64,000 nt of DNA from Parcubacteria group bacterium Greene1014_15 (lineage in GTDB: Bacteria; Patescibacteriota; Minisyncoccia; Phycocordibacterales; VMGT01): positions 4,470 to 68,469 of the forward strand of contig VMGT01000003.1 in NCBI GenBank assembly GCA_007376725.1, read 5' to 3'. Positions 55,310-64,000 of the stretch are shown here, in pieces (the stretch's first letter is position 1; every line of letters begins with the position of its first letter). The notes below the pieces were generated by a model. It worked only from the letters and a program-made list of their open reading frames with translations. It had not been told where the DNA came from and did not search any database. Both the position numbers and the translations under genes were made by a program.

Positions 55310-56389
55310 ATGGATAGTACAGGCATTCTTTTTCATCATGAATCTGTGATGTACGCCGCGCCATACGCGCTTTTGATTTCAGTCATTTTATTTTTCTGTA
55401 TCGCGCATCGGCTCGCAACCGCTCAAAAAAAGATATTCAAAAAGGGCGCGCTTTCGATGCATCTTCGCTATACCCTATGCGGCACAATCGCGATTGCAAG
55501 CATGCTCGTCGCTTTTGCGGGTCCCTATAGGCACAAAACAGATATTCTCCAAGAGGAAATCGGGGCAAAAATTGCCATTTTTCTTGATAACTCGCCATCG
55601 ATGGCAGCAAGCGATATTTCGCATGCAGACAAAACATCGCTTGCAGCACGAGACTTGCGCCCATCACGACTCGGCCTCTGTGTTGCAAATATAAGCAACG
55701 CACTTGCTGATCTTATCGGCGCTGAAATTATTCTCTTCACGTTCTCCGGATCAACAGACTTGAGAACGGGGGATTGGGTACAACTTTCGACACATTCGTA
55801 CCGAGCTTTTAGCAGCCTTTTACACGATATAGAACCTTCATTTATCGGCGCCGGAACAGATATGTCGCGCATTTTTGAAGAAGCCCACCATATTCTTCAA
55901 AAAGAACCAAGTTTCATCATTCTTTGTTCGGATGGCGGCAAAGACGGATCACACATGGCAGATGTTGTTCTTCGCCTCAAGGTCAATAATTTAGCTTATG
56001 GGCCGTTGCGAGATCGAAATATACCGATCTATGTTTTAGGGACAGGAACACCGGGAACTCCCGCCCCGATTCCATTCACGTCATCCGACGGTCGAATTCA
56101 GGGATTCATCCAAGACGGTTCCGGAAACAATGTGTTGACGGAATACGATCCCGTAACACTGCGGCAAATCGCAACACTCTCGGGTGGAATATACATGCAC
56201 GCAGATGACCTCTATAGCGGACGCAACCTAATACGCAACGCAATCATGAGCGGCCTGCGCAATAATCACAACATCACCGTTGTAAATCCAAACGATCTCT
56301 CCTTGCTGTTCATTGTCGCATCACTCTTTTTTTTCTCCATCACTTCAGGAAGTTTTTCCTTCTTGAAATGGTTTAGAAAACAGAGTTAG
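55310..56389 (+). CDS. vWA-domain membrane protein (BatB-like)
   Basis: N-terminal TM. MIDAS motif FLDNSPSMAASD. C-terminal TM LLFIVASLFFFSI. Confidence 0.65.
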   Translation: MDSTGILFHHESVMYAAPYALLISVILFFCIAHRLATAQKKIFKKGALSMHLRYTLCGTIAIASMLVAFAGPYRHKTDILQEEIGAKIAIFLDNSPSMAASDISHADKTSLAARDLRPSRLGLCVANISNALADLIGAEIILFTFSGSTDLRTGDWVQLSTHSYRAFSSLLHDIEPSFIGAGTDMSRIFEEAHHILQKEPSFIILCSDGGKDGSHMADVVLRLKVNNLAYGPLRDRNIPIYVLGTGTPGTPAPIPFTSSDGRIQGFIQDGSGNNVLTEYDPVTLRQIATLSGGIYMHADDLYSGRNLIRNAIMSGLRNNHNITVVNPNDLSLLFIVASLFFFSITSGSFSFLKWFRKQS

Positions 56390-56519
56390 CGCCGGACGCC
56401 TGTACTTGTACGGGCGTCTTTTTTCAGTCTTCTTCTTGCAGTCTTTTTTGTTCCTGCTAGGATACATTTGGATATACGCACCGGAGTGCATTTCTTTGAA
56501 ATATACAAAGGACTGAAAG

Positions 56520-57704
56520 ATGAACGAAAAAATGCTTCAAATAGTAAGCGAGCTTCGTGCTCCTTTTCTAAAGTTCAGAGCAGTAATGTCGCAAATTGTT
56601 TTTGGGTCATCCCAGCAATTTGGCCATCGTATTTTCTCAAATTCCGTGCTCGTGCCGACGCAGTCGGAAGAATGGGCGAAAAATGTTTCCACATTCACCT
56701 GTTTTGGACCGCCAGCGAGTGGAAAGACCACAGCGGCCAAGGCATACAGCATGCTCATGGCATGTCCCACAGCATTTGTCGTCTGGGGTCCTGAACTCAC
56801 GAGCGGGCAGCTCTATGGCTTTCTTGACTACTCGATTCTCGACAAAAATGAACAGCCCAAATATCGGCCAGGCGCACTGACACCGGGCTCATATAACATG
56901 TTCATTTGTGATGAGTTGGTTCGTGGCGCTGTCAGTCGGCTCAATGACCTTGGCCCAATTTTTGCTGAAGGTAAGATCATGATCGAGGGACGGATTTTTG
57001 ATATCGCTCCGCCGGATGAACCCCTCATTATCGTCGCGACGTCCAATCCCTTGGGATCAGCGGGAACCAAACGCGCCGCCGAATTTATCGTTGACCGTTT
57101 GATCGCAGGTACTATTTTTGATGTACCCAAAGAAAACCTTCGCCAATTGCTGCAACCGCAGAAACACTGGCGACGTATTCGGGAACAAGGCCTTCTCACC
57201 CCCGTTCTTTCCCCGCGGATGATCATGCAAACGAGGCGATTTGTCGAGCAGGAAACAAATACGCCTGATCACATTATCGACTACATGGAAGAAATGCTCG
57301 GAACAATCGATTTGCTCACGCATCATAATTGGGCAAATCGCTTTCCAAGGGAAAAATTACCGCCGAAGTGGCGCGCTATGAAACGCATTCCCACCGCACC
57401 GCTCTTTCATCAGATGGGTGGCCGCATTCCACAACATCTTGAGTCACTCTCCCGTGCAGATTCATTCTTGACGTACGGGTCACTTCAAACGATCGTCAAT
57501 AGGAGCGAAAACTCTGTGCAAGCAATGGCCCTTGCTGTCCTTGCGCATCGCTTTATGTATCACATACATGAAGGCGGTATCGATATTCGCGACGCAGCTC
57601 ATGAAGAAGATATATTAGATTTCGTCAGAACTGCAACGAACTGGGTTGTTTCTTTGGTGCCGTTGCCAACATCTCTGCAACGTGCTCCATCGGTTGCAGC
57701 ATAA
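56520..57704 (+). CDS. MoxR-family AAA+ ATPase
   Basis: Walker A GPPASGKTTAAKA. MoxR-like region VVWGPELTSGQLYG. Walker B context MFICDEL. About 390 aa. Confidence 0.7.
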   Translation: MNEKMLQIVSELRAPFLKFRAVMSQIVFGSSQQFGHRIFSNSVLVPTQSEEWAKNVSTFTCFGPPASGKTTAAKAYSMLMACPTAFVVWGPELTSGQLYGFLDYSILDKNEQPKYRPGALTPGSYNMFICDELVRGAVSRLNDLGPIFAEGKIMIEGRIFDIAPPDEPLIIVATSNPLGSAGTKRAAEFIVDRLIAGTIFDVPKENLRQLLQPQKHWRRIREQGLLTPVLSPRMIMQTRRFVEQETNTPDHIIDYMEEMLGTIDLLTHHNWANRFPREKLPPKWRAMKRIPTAPLFHQMGGRIPQHLESLSRADSFLTYGSLQTIVNRSENSVQAMALAVLAHRFMYHIHEGGIDIRDAAHEEDILDFVRTATNWVVSLVPLPTSLQRAPSVAA

Positions 57705-57760
57705 GAGCATAAGAGCCCTGTGTTTCTGCGACACAGGGCAGTTCTCTGGAGAACCTATGT

Positions 57761-58690
57761 ATGGCATTTGATCCCATTACACCGTTTCGACTCGGAGGCG
57801 CGCCTCTCTGGCACATTCCCATCCCGTCACAGCGATATATAACGGGCGACCATCCAAGTTCAATTCACGGATTTGGCGAAGAAATTGCAGAGATCAGAGA
57901 AATGGAGCCTGGCGACAGTTCTGAATGGTACTCTCCAATACTATCGGCAAGAATGAAAAAACGTATGGCTGTGTACCACACCCGGAACGAGGAAGTCGGC
58001 GTACAGTTTTACCTTGATGCTGGTCCTGCAATCGACTTCGGCGTTCCGTCAAAACGCTTTGTTGCCGTGAAAATCATGTCGAGCCTCGCAGTAAATCTTT
58101 TCCGAGAACCAAATCATGGCACAGCAGCATGCATCGGTGTCGGTTCGCGCATTATGTACATATCCGATTTGGCAGACCAGGCAGTTACATCAAGCGCACT
58201 GCGAAGATTAGTGTATAAATGCGAGAGATATGAACACGAGGACTATGAACGTCTTCCACGTGTTCTCAAACTTCATTCGGCAGAAACGCCGGAACAATTG
58301 ATCTGTCTCTTTTCGGATTTTCTTATTCCGCCACAGGACGAAGCGGCATGGGGACAGTTGGAAAATGCCTGCAGACGTGTTGAACGAGAGGGAAATGAGG
58401 TGATTTTCATCCGTGTTCTTTCGCCTCTCGAAAATCAATTCCCGAATGTCGCAATTACTGTTCGCGGAGCAGAACATTCCCTATGGAGTGGATCAGGAAC
58501 TCAAAAGCAAATTCTTCGGACACAAAGTATGATTCGTGAACGCCTGAATGCCATCTGCAAAAAACCTGATATTCGATTTCTTGAAATCGTGTGGAACGAC
58601 GATAAAGATGCGACCGCTTTTGAGCTTCAAGAGTTTCTCAAACGACGGTCATGCTATATCCGAGCCCATCTTGATATTGCTACCGCGTAA
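57761..58690 (+). CDS. DUF58-family protein (vWA-like, MoxR partner)
   Basis: GDHPSSIHGFGEEIAEIREMEPGDSSEWYSPILSARMKKRMAVYHTRNEE matches the DUF58 signature G.H.S...G.G.EF...R.Y..GD..R.IDW..SAR. Confidence 0.65.
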   Translation: MAFDPITPFRLGGAPLWHIPIPSQRYITGDHPSSIHGFGEEIAEIREMEPGDSSEWYSPILSARMKKRMAVYHTRNEEVGVQFYLDAGPAIDFGVPSKRFVAVKIMSSLAVNLFREPNHGTAACIGVGSRIMYISDLADQAVTSSALRRLVYKCERYEHEDYERLPRVLKLHSAETPEQLICLFSDFLIPPQDEAAWGQLENACRRVEREGNEVIFIRVLSPLENQFPNVAITVRGAEHSLWSGSGTQKQILRTQSMIRERLNAICKKPDIRFLEIVWNDDKDATAFELQEFLKRRSCYIRAHLDIATA

Positions 58691-58789
58691 CACATTCGAC
58701 CAGCACCTGCAGTTAACAACACTACAGGTGCTTCTTTTTACTCTGGAAATAGTTATATTGGGTAAACTTAATGATATACTATATGCACT

Positions 58790-59755
58790 ATGGACACGGC
58801 AATAGAACAATTCAATACGCAATTTCTTTTTATTCCTGTTATCAGCAATAAAGAAAATCTGCAGAAAACAGAGTCGTTTATTGTATGCGGCATGGGCGGT
58901 TCAAACCTCGCCCCCGGGCTCATAAAGATGCGTTTGCCTCATATAGACATCGTGTCGCATCGTGATTATGGCCTGCCACTCGTATCTCAAAAATTTCTAT
59001 CAAAAAGTCTCATTATTTTAAGTTCTTATTCTGGAAATACCGAAGAAACCATAGACTCGTTCCATGCCGTACGCGAAAAAAATCTCTCGTGCGCAGTCAT
59101 TGCGACAGGAGGAAAGCTTCTCCACCTTGCGCAGAAACACTCTGTTCCGTATGTTCAAATTCCCGATACCGGCATACAGCCAAGATCGGCTCTCGGCTAT
59201 TCCCTGCGCGCACTCCTCGCCCTCATGCAGGAACAGAGCATTCTCGATGAAACCGCCAATCTCGCGGAAACCCTTGAACCCAAAAAATTCCACGACCAAG
59301 GCGAAGCACTCGCAAAACGCATGGCAGGGCACATACCCGTCATCTATGCCTCAACGCGAAATTATTCCATAGCTTACAATTGGAAAATTAAGTATAATGA
59401 AACGGGGAAAATACCGGCATTCTGCAATGTCATTCCCGAACTTAACCATAACGAGATGACCGGCTTTGATGTTACGGGAGCAACAGAGCATCTCTCCGAA
59501 TGTTTCTATTTTCTCTTTCTCGCGGATCCTCTCGATCATCCGCAAGATGCGAAAAGAATGAGTGTTCTTTTTGATATGTTTCTCAAACGAAACTTGCGCG
59601 CAGAAAAAATAGAGCTTTCCGGAGAAAGTCTTTTTTCCAAGATATTTTCTTCACTTGTCTACGCAGACTGGTCTGCATTCGAAACCGCTCTTCATTATAA
59701 TCTCGATCCTGAAAAAGTTCCCATGATCGAAGAGTTTAAGCGGAAAATTGCATGA
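58790..59755 (+). CDS. bifunctional phosphoglucose/phosphomannose isomerase (SIS-domain, archaeal-type PGI/PMI)
   Basis: IVCGMGGSNLAPG and SIS-domain layout. About 320 aa. Confidence 0.7.
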   Translation: MDTAIEQFNTQFLFIPVISNKENLQKTESFIVCGMGGSNLAPGLIKMRLPHIDIVSHRDYGLPLVSQKFLSKSLIILSSYSGNTEETIDSFHAVREKNLSCAVIATGGKLLHLAQKHSVPYVQIPDTGIQPRSALGYSLRALLALMQEQSILDETANLAETLEPKKFHDQGEALAKRMAGHIPVIYASTRNYSIAYNWKIKYNETGKIPAFCNVIPELNHNEMTGFDVTGATEHLSECFYFLFLADPLDHPQDAKRMSVLFDMFLKRNLRAEKIELSGESLFSKIFSSLVYADWSAFETALHYNLDPEKVPMIEEFKRKIA

Positions 59756-60054
59756 ATTTCTTTGAATTATTACTCGCCCTATTGAGCATCATCATATTTC
59801 TTTTTTCATTGCTCATGCTCTTTTTTAGAAATAACGGCACGATCCTCCGAGCAATGTTCATTCCCAGTATTTTTCTTGAAGACAGAGCGATCGCTCTGTC
59901 TGTCCGTTTGTCAGAGCCTATCAACAAAGCTGTCGGTATAACCGGAAGCGGACAATCCGGAAATGAAATGCGACTCAAGAAAAACTTTTTGATACGATTC
60001 GGTCTCATGCTGTTTCTTACCTCGTGTGCACTTATGTATTTTGCTATTACATAA
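59752..60054 (+). CDS. small membrane protein
   Basis: 4-bp ATGA overlap with the upstream gene. Two hydrophobic helices. Confidence 0.35.
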   Translation: MNFFELLLALLSIIIFLFSLLMLFFRNNGTILRAMFIPSIFLEDRAIALSVRLSEPINKAVGITGSGQSGNEMRLKKNFLIRFGLMLFLTSCALMYFAIT

Positions 60055-60069
60055 AACTCGCCCAACCTT

Positions 60070-60936
60070 ATGTACATTCTTTTTGACATCGGAGGAACAA
60101 ACATTCGCGTAGCTGCGTCACCTGACGGCAGCACATACGGCGAACCGATTACTTTTAGCACTCCGGAAAAATTTGACGAGGGAATTGAGCGAATCGTTGA
60201 CGCTGCAAATATCCTCCGCAGCGGTATTGCGGTCTCTGCTAGCGCTGGCGGTGTTAAGGGGCCGGTTAATCCAAAAGAAGGAGTACTGCTTCATCCGCCC
60301 AATTTACCAAACTGGAAAGACAAACCTCTCAAAGAACGTCTCGAAAAGGAATTTTCCGCTCCGGTTTTTGTAGACAATGACACAGCAATTGTCGGGCTTG
60401 GGGAAGCAGTCGCCGGCGGCGGTAAGGGCCATGCGATAGTTGCATACGTCACGGTGAGCACGGGTGCAAACGGCGTGAGAATTGTTGATGGAAAACTTGA
60501 TAGAAATGCGTATGGATTTGAGATCGGACATCACATCATCAATTGGAATGAAAAAACGCAGTGCACCTGCTCTGATACGCCAACATGGCAACACCCGGAG
60601 GCTTTCATAACAGGGTCTGCTTTTGAACGACGCTTCGTAAAAAAACCATACGAAATCACCGATGAGAAAATCTGGGATGAATCGGCGCGTATTCTTGCTG
60701 TCGTGCTCCACAACGTCATCATGTTTTGGTCTCCGGAATGCATTGTTATCGGCGGCTCAATGATCATCGGCACGAACGGGCCTGTTATACCACTTGATCG
60801 CGCACAAACATACTTGCAGCACATGGTCACCATATTTCCAAAAATACCAAAGATCGTTCCCGCCGAGCTCGGTGCATTCGGCGGACTGCATGGAGCGCTT
60901 GCATTGATTAGGTCGAAGCTAGAAGAAATTGTTTGA
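60070..60936 (+). CDS. ROK-family sugar kinase (glucokinase-like)
   Basis: N-terminal ILFDIGGTNIRVA. ROK Zn motif region HxxxxxxxxxCxCSDTPTWQ. ATP-binding GAFGGLHGA. Confidence 0.75.
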   Translation: MYILFDIGGTNIRVAASPDGSTYGEPITFSTPEKFDEGIERIVDAANILRSGIAVSASAGGVKGPVNPKEGVLLHPPNLPNWKDKPLKERLEKEFSAPVFVDNDTAIVGLGEAVAGGGKGHAIVAYVTVSTGANGVRIVDGKLDRNAYGFEIGHHIINWNEKTQCTCSDTPTWQHPEAFITGSAFERRFVKKPYEITDEKIWDESARILAVVLHNVIMFWSPECIVIGGSMIIGTNGPVIPLDRAQTYLQHMVTIFPKIPKIVPAELGAFGGLHGALALIRSKLEEIV

Positions 60937-61101
60937 AAGTTATTTTGTATGCCAAGAAAGAAATTAACAGAACGAGACACAAATGAATGGGTTGCTATTA
61001 CTGTATCAGTGTGTGTTGTTGCACTCTTCGTGTTTGGCCGGTTGCTTTTCTAACATTTTTATACTACGCTCCCAGCACGTTCATTTCTGTGCTTTTTTGT
61101 T

Positions 61102-62322
61102 ATGCCAGATCCAATTACATTCAAGATTGAGCAGAAAATAAAGGGAGCCTTTGGAAGGGCCGGAACCCTTGCGACACCCCATGGCGTTCTTCTAACGCCA
61201 GCTTTTGTCATTGTAGGAACCAAAGCAACCGTCAAATCCCTTACAACCGACCAGCTCAAAAAACTTGGCGCCACGATCGTGCTTGCGAATACATATCATC
61301 TCTATTTGCAGCCGGGGGATGAGATTGTGCGCGACGCAGGCGGTCTTCATGCGTTTATGAATTGGCACGGGCCCGCAATGACTGACTCGGGCGGTTTCCA
61401 AGTATTTTCTTTGGGAAGCGCATTTACTCGAAATCTCAATAAATTTATCAGTCGCGGCGAACTCGAAGCGTTCGTACGCGGAAAAATACCCGAGCAAACG
61501 AAAGATCCGCTCGCAACTATTAAAGAGGGAGGGGTCGTATTCAAATCGCATGGAGACGGGAGTACGCATACACTGACACCAGAAAAATCAATACAGATAC
61601 AAAATAACATCGGCGCTGATATTATTTTTGCTTTTGATGAATGCACATCACCCATCGATTCATACGATTATCAAAAAGAGGCAATGGAAAGAACACATCG
61701 TTGGGCAGATCGCTCTCTCGCCACTCATCAAAGTAATCCATCCATGCGCGAGAAACAAGGACTCTTCGGTATCGTCCAAGGCGGCCACTATGAGGATTTA
61801 CGAAAACAGAGCGCCACATACATCGCAAACCTCGACGTTGCAGGTTTTGGTATTGGCGGCTCATATACAAAAGAAGACATGGAGGATGTTCTCAAGTGGG
61901 TAAACCCCCTGTTACCGGAAAAAAAACCGCGCCATCTTCTTGGTATTGGAGAACCTCTCCAGCTTTTTATAGGCGTAGAACATGGTGTTGATACTTTTGA
62001 TTGCGTAGCGCCAACACGAGAAGCGCGCAATGGGGCAATATACACACGTGATGGCAGAATTAATCTCTTTAACGCAAAATATAAAAACGATTTTTCCTCA
62101 CTGGAAAAAGACTGCGGCTGTTACACCTGTGAGCACTACACATGCGCATACATGGCACATCTTTTTCGAGCAAAAGAAATTCTCGGGTATACGCTTGCGA
62201 CGATTCATAACCTCCACTTTTTTGTCACACTGATGACAAACATACGTTTGTCAATTTTAGAAAATAGATTTCTTGAATTCAAAGACTCCTTTGCCTCACG
62301 ATACTATCACTTCAACCCATAA
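61102..62322 (+). CDS. tgt: queuine tRNA-ribosyltransferase (tRNA-guanine transglycosylase)
   Basis: TPHGVLLTPAFVIVGTKATVKSL, LANTYHLYLQPG, catalytic Asp region DECTSP and Zn site CGCYTCEHYTCAYMAHL. Confidence 0.85.
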   Translation: MPDPITFKIEQKIKGAFGRAGTLATPHGVLLTPAFVIVGTKATVKSLTTDQLKKLGATIVLANTYHLYLQPGDEIVRDAGGLHAFMNWHGPAMTDSGGFQVFSLGSAFTRNLNKFISRGELEAFVRGKIPEQTKDPLATIKEGGVVFKSHGDGSTHTLTPEKSIQIQNNIGADIIFAFDECTSPIDSYDYQKEAMERTHRWADRSLATHQSNPSMREKQGLFGIVQGGHYEDLRKQSATYIANLDVAGFGIGGSYTKEDMEDVLKWVNPLLPEKKPRHLLGIGEPLQLFIGVEHGVDTFDCVAPTREARNGAIYTRDGRINLFNAKYKNDFSSLEKDCGCYTCEHYTCAYMAHLFRAKEILGYTLATIHNLHFFVTLMTNIRLSILENRFLEFKDSFASRYYHFNP

Positions 62323-62339
62323 TTGGTTATATATTTACT

Positions 62340-64000
62340 ATGAATGTTTTTAGTCTTAGATCACACTATGCGCCTGCAGGCGATCAGCCGAAGGCAATTG
62401 AAGAACTTTCGCGCGGATTGCAAAAATCAATGCGCTGGCAGACCTTGCTCGGCGCAACAGGTACCGGAAAAACTTTTACTGTCGCGAATATTATCGCGCG
62501 CATCGGAAAACCGACGCTTGTTATTGCACACAATAAGACACTTGCGGCACAACTCGCGCAGGAATACAGTGAGTTCTTTCCCGATGCCGCCGTGCACTAT
62601 TTTGTTTCATACTACGATTACTACCAGCCTGAAGCGTATCTTCCCATTACCGATACCTATATTGAAAAAGAAACACAAATCAACGAGGAAATCGACCGCT
62701 TGCGGCATGCATCGACGCAATCCCTCCTTTCACGCCGCGACGTCATCATTGTTGCCTCTGTTTCGTGCATCTATGGCCTAGGTAATCCAGTTGAATATGA
62801 AAAAGTCAACATGCATCTCGAGAAAGGAGCGAAATGTGCGCGCAACGATTTCATGCGCGCACTTATCGACATTCACTTTGAGCGTACCAATACTGACCTT
62901 ACACCGGGCACATTTCGCGCAGTCGGCAATGTGATTGAAGTCATGCCCATACATGAAAAAAAGCTCTACCGCATAGAAATAGCGGGAGACACAATTAAAA
63001 CCATCCTCCGAATTGATGCTATAACACGCAAAATAGAGGCGGAAATCGAACGTATTTTTCTTTTTCCCGCAAAACACTTCATCATCTCGAAGGAACGCAA
63101 TGAACACGCAATAACCGACATCAAAGTCGAGCTTGAAAAACAGCTTGCATATTTTGCAAAAGAAGAAAAAATACTTGAGGCCGAACGCCTCAAACGCAGA
63201 ACAAACTACGATCTCGCCATGATACGAGAAATCGGATACTGCAGCGGCATCGAAAACTATTCGCGTTTCTTCGATCGAAGAAACGAAGGGGAAGCGCCCT
63301 ACACCCTGCTTTCATATTTTCCACACTTGTCGGATGGAGCTCCAGATTTTCTTACCGTCATTGACGAATCACACGTCACGATTCCACAATTGCGGGGTAT
63401 GTTTGGGGGCGACCGTTCTCGAAAAGAGGTGCTTGTGGAACATGGATTTCGTCTGCCATCGGCAAAAGACAACCGTCCGCTCACCTTGGAAGAGTTCGAG
63501 GATCGCATTGGTGATGTTATATATACTTCGGCAACTCCGGGAGAATACGAAATGAAAAAGAGCGCACAGATTGTGGAACAGATCATACGTCCTACGGGAC
63601 TTGTTGATCCGCAAGTTGACGTGCGGCCGATACTCTCATCACGCGAGAAAAGTTCGCCCTATCGAGGACAAGTCGGTGATTTCATACAAGAAACAGAAAA
63701 AGAAATCAAATCGGGAGGCCGTGTTCTTGCAACGACACTCACTAAAAAAATGGCAGAAGATCTAAGCACCTATCTGAAAGAGAAGGGGATTAAGGCAGAA
63801 TATCTTCACAGCGATATAAAAACAATAGATCGCATCACTATTCTTTCAGATTTTCGAAGAGGAGTTTTTGACTGCCTTGTCGGTGTTAATCTTTTGCGTG
63901 AAGGCCTTGACCTTCCTGAAGTTTCACTCATAGGTATTTTCGACGCGGACAAAGAGGGTTTCCTTCGTTCTGAAACTTCACTCATACAAATCATTGGCCG
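62340..64000 (+). CDS. uvrB: excinuclease ABC subunit B (UvrB), 3-prime partial at window end
   Basis: Manual translation from the ATG at 62340 gives MNVFSLRSHYAPAGDQPKAIEELSRGLQKSMRWQTLLGATGTGKTFTVANIIA...VSYYDYYQPEAY, the UvrB N-terminus with Walker A. The reading frame runs to the window end. It is not in the ORF track because no stop lies within the window. Confidence 0.85.
   Translation, partial: MNVFSLRSHYAPAGDQPKAIEELSRGLQKSMRWQTLLGATGTGKTFTVANIIARIGKPTLVIAHNKTLAAQLAQEYSEFFPDAAVHYFVSYYDYYQPEAYLPITDTYIEKETQINEEIDRLRHASTQSLLSRRDVIIVASVSCIYGLGNPVEYEKVNMHLEKGAKCARNDFMRALIDIHFERTNTDLTPGTFRAVGNVIEVMPIHEKKLYRIEIAGDTIKTILRIDAITRKIEAEIERIFLFPAKHFIISKERNEHAITDIKVELEKQLAYFAKEEKILEAERLKRRTNYDLAMIREIGYCSGIENYSRFFDRRNEGEAPYTLLSYFPHLSDGAPDFLTVIDESHVTIPQLRGMFGGDRSRKEVLVEHGFRLPSAKDNRPLTLEEFEDRIGDVIYTSATPGEYEMKKSAQIVEQIIRPTGLVDPQVDVRPILSSREKSSPYRGQVGDFIQETEKEIKSGGRVLATTLTKKMAEDLSTYLKEKGIKAEYLHSDIKTIDRITILSDFRRGVFDCLVGVNLLREGLDLPEVSLIGIFDADKEGFLRSETSLIQIIG

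Noticed and set aside
1-64000. Alternative genetic code (UGA recoding), as in some small-genome lineages.
   Set aside because: Long ORFs of up to 1732 aa and all conserved enzymes are intact with standard stops. Gene ends use TGA, TAA and TAG normally.
1-64000. Transposase, integrase, phage, CRISPR-Cas or toxin-antitoxin operon as the source of the many repeats.
   Set aside because: No ORF with DDE, tyrosine or serine recombinase, RAYT, Cas, or typical TA motifs was found in any frame. The repeats appear non-autonomous.

Overview
This 64-kb window is AT-rich bacterial chromosomal DNA read in the standard genetic code. It is densely coding on both strands, with frequent ATGA or TAATG start-stop overlaps, sigma70-like promoters and clear intrinsic terminators. 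No transposase, integrase, CRISPR-Cas or recognisable defence operon is present.

Gene content falls into five groups:
- **Signal transduction.** Six sensor histidine kinases or kinase-like proteins, three stand-alone receiver proteins (one with two REC domains), one ECF sigma/anti-sigma pair and two membrane sensor modules without output domains.
- **Giant surface proteins.** A 769-aa beta-helix protein, a 999-aa Ig/FN3-like protein with a C-terminal peptidoglycan-binding domain, and a 1732-aa protein with BNR repeats, FN3-like domains and a degenerate thioredoxin-like C-terminus.
- **Bat-like cluster.** A MoxR AAA+ ATPase, a DUF58 protein, two vWA membrane proteins and two exported proteins.
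- **Housekeeping and metabolism.** DEAD-box helicase, SAM methyltransferase, aldehyde dehydrogenase, a homogentisate-dioxygenase-like cupin, an isochorismatase/nicotinamidase-like hydrolase, 2-oxoacid dehydrogenase E1 alpha and beta, an EEP nuclease/phosphatase, a HAD phosphatase, an HD (SpoT-like) hydrolase, an HNH endonuclease, a Cys/Met PLP enzyme, PGI/PMI, a ROK kinase, Tgt and a partial UvrB.
- **Small proteins.** A pilin-like protein with duplicated Cys-knot modules and two tandem paralogous zinc-ribbon proteins.

The most unusual material lies between the genes. At least four families of miniature inverted-repeat or hairpin elements occupy almost every longer intergenic region, and some overlap gene ends. 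A roughly 440-nt GC-rich segment bracketed by a strong promoter and an intrinsic terminator (about 14388-14831) looks like a structured non-coding RNA that I could not assign to RNase P, tmRNA or SRP. Coordinates of repeats and sites are accurate to within a few nt.
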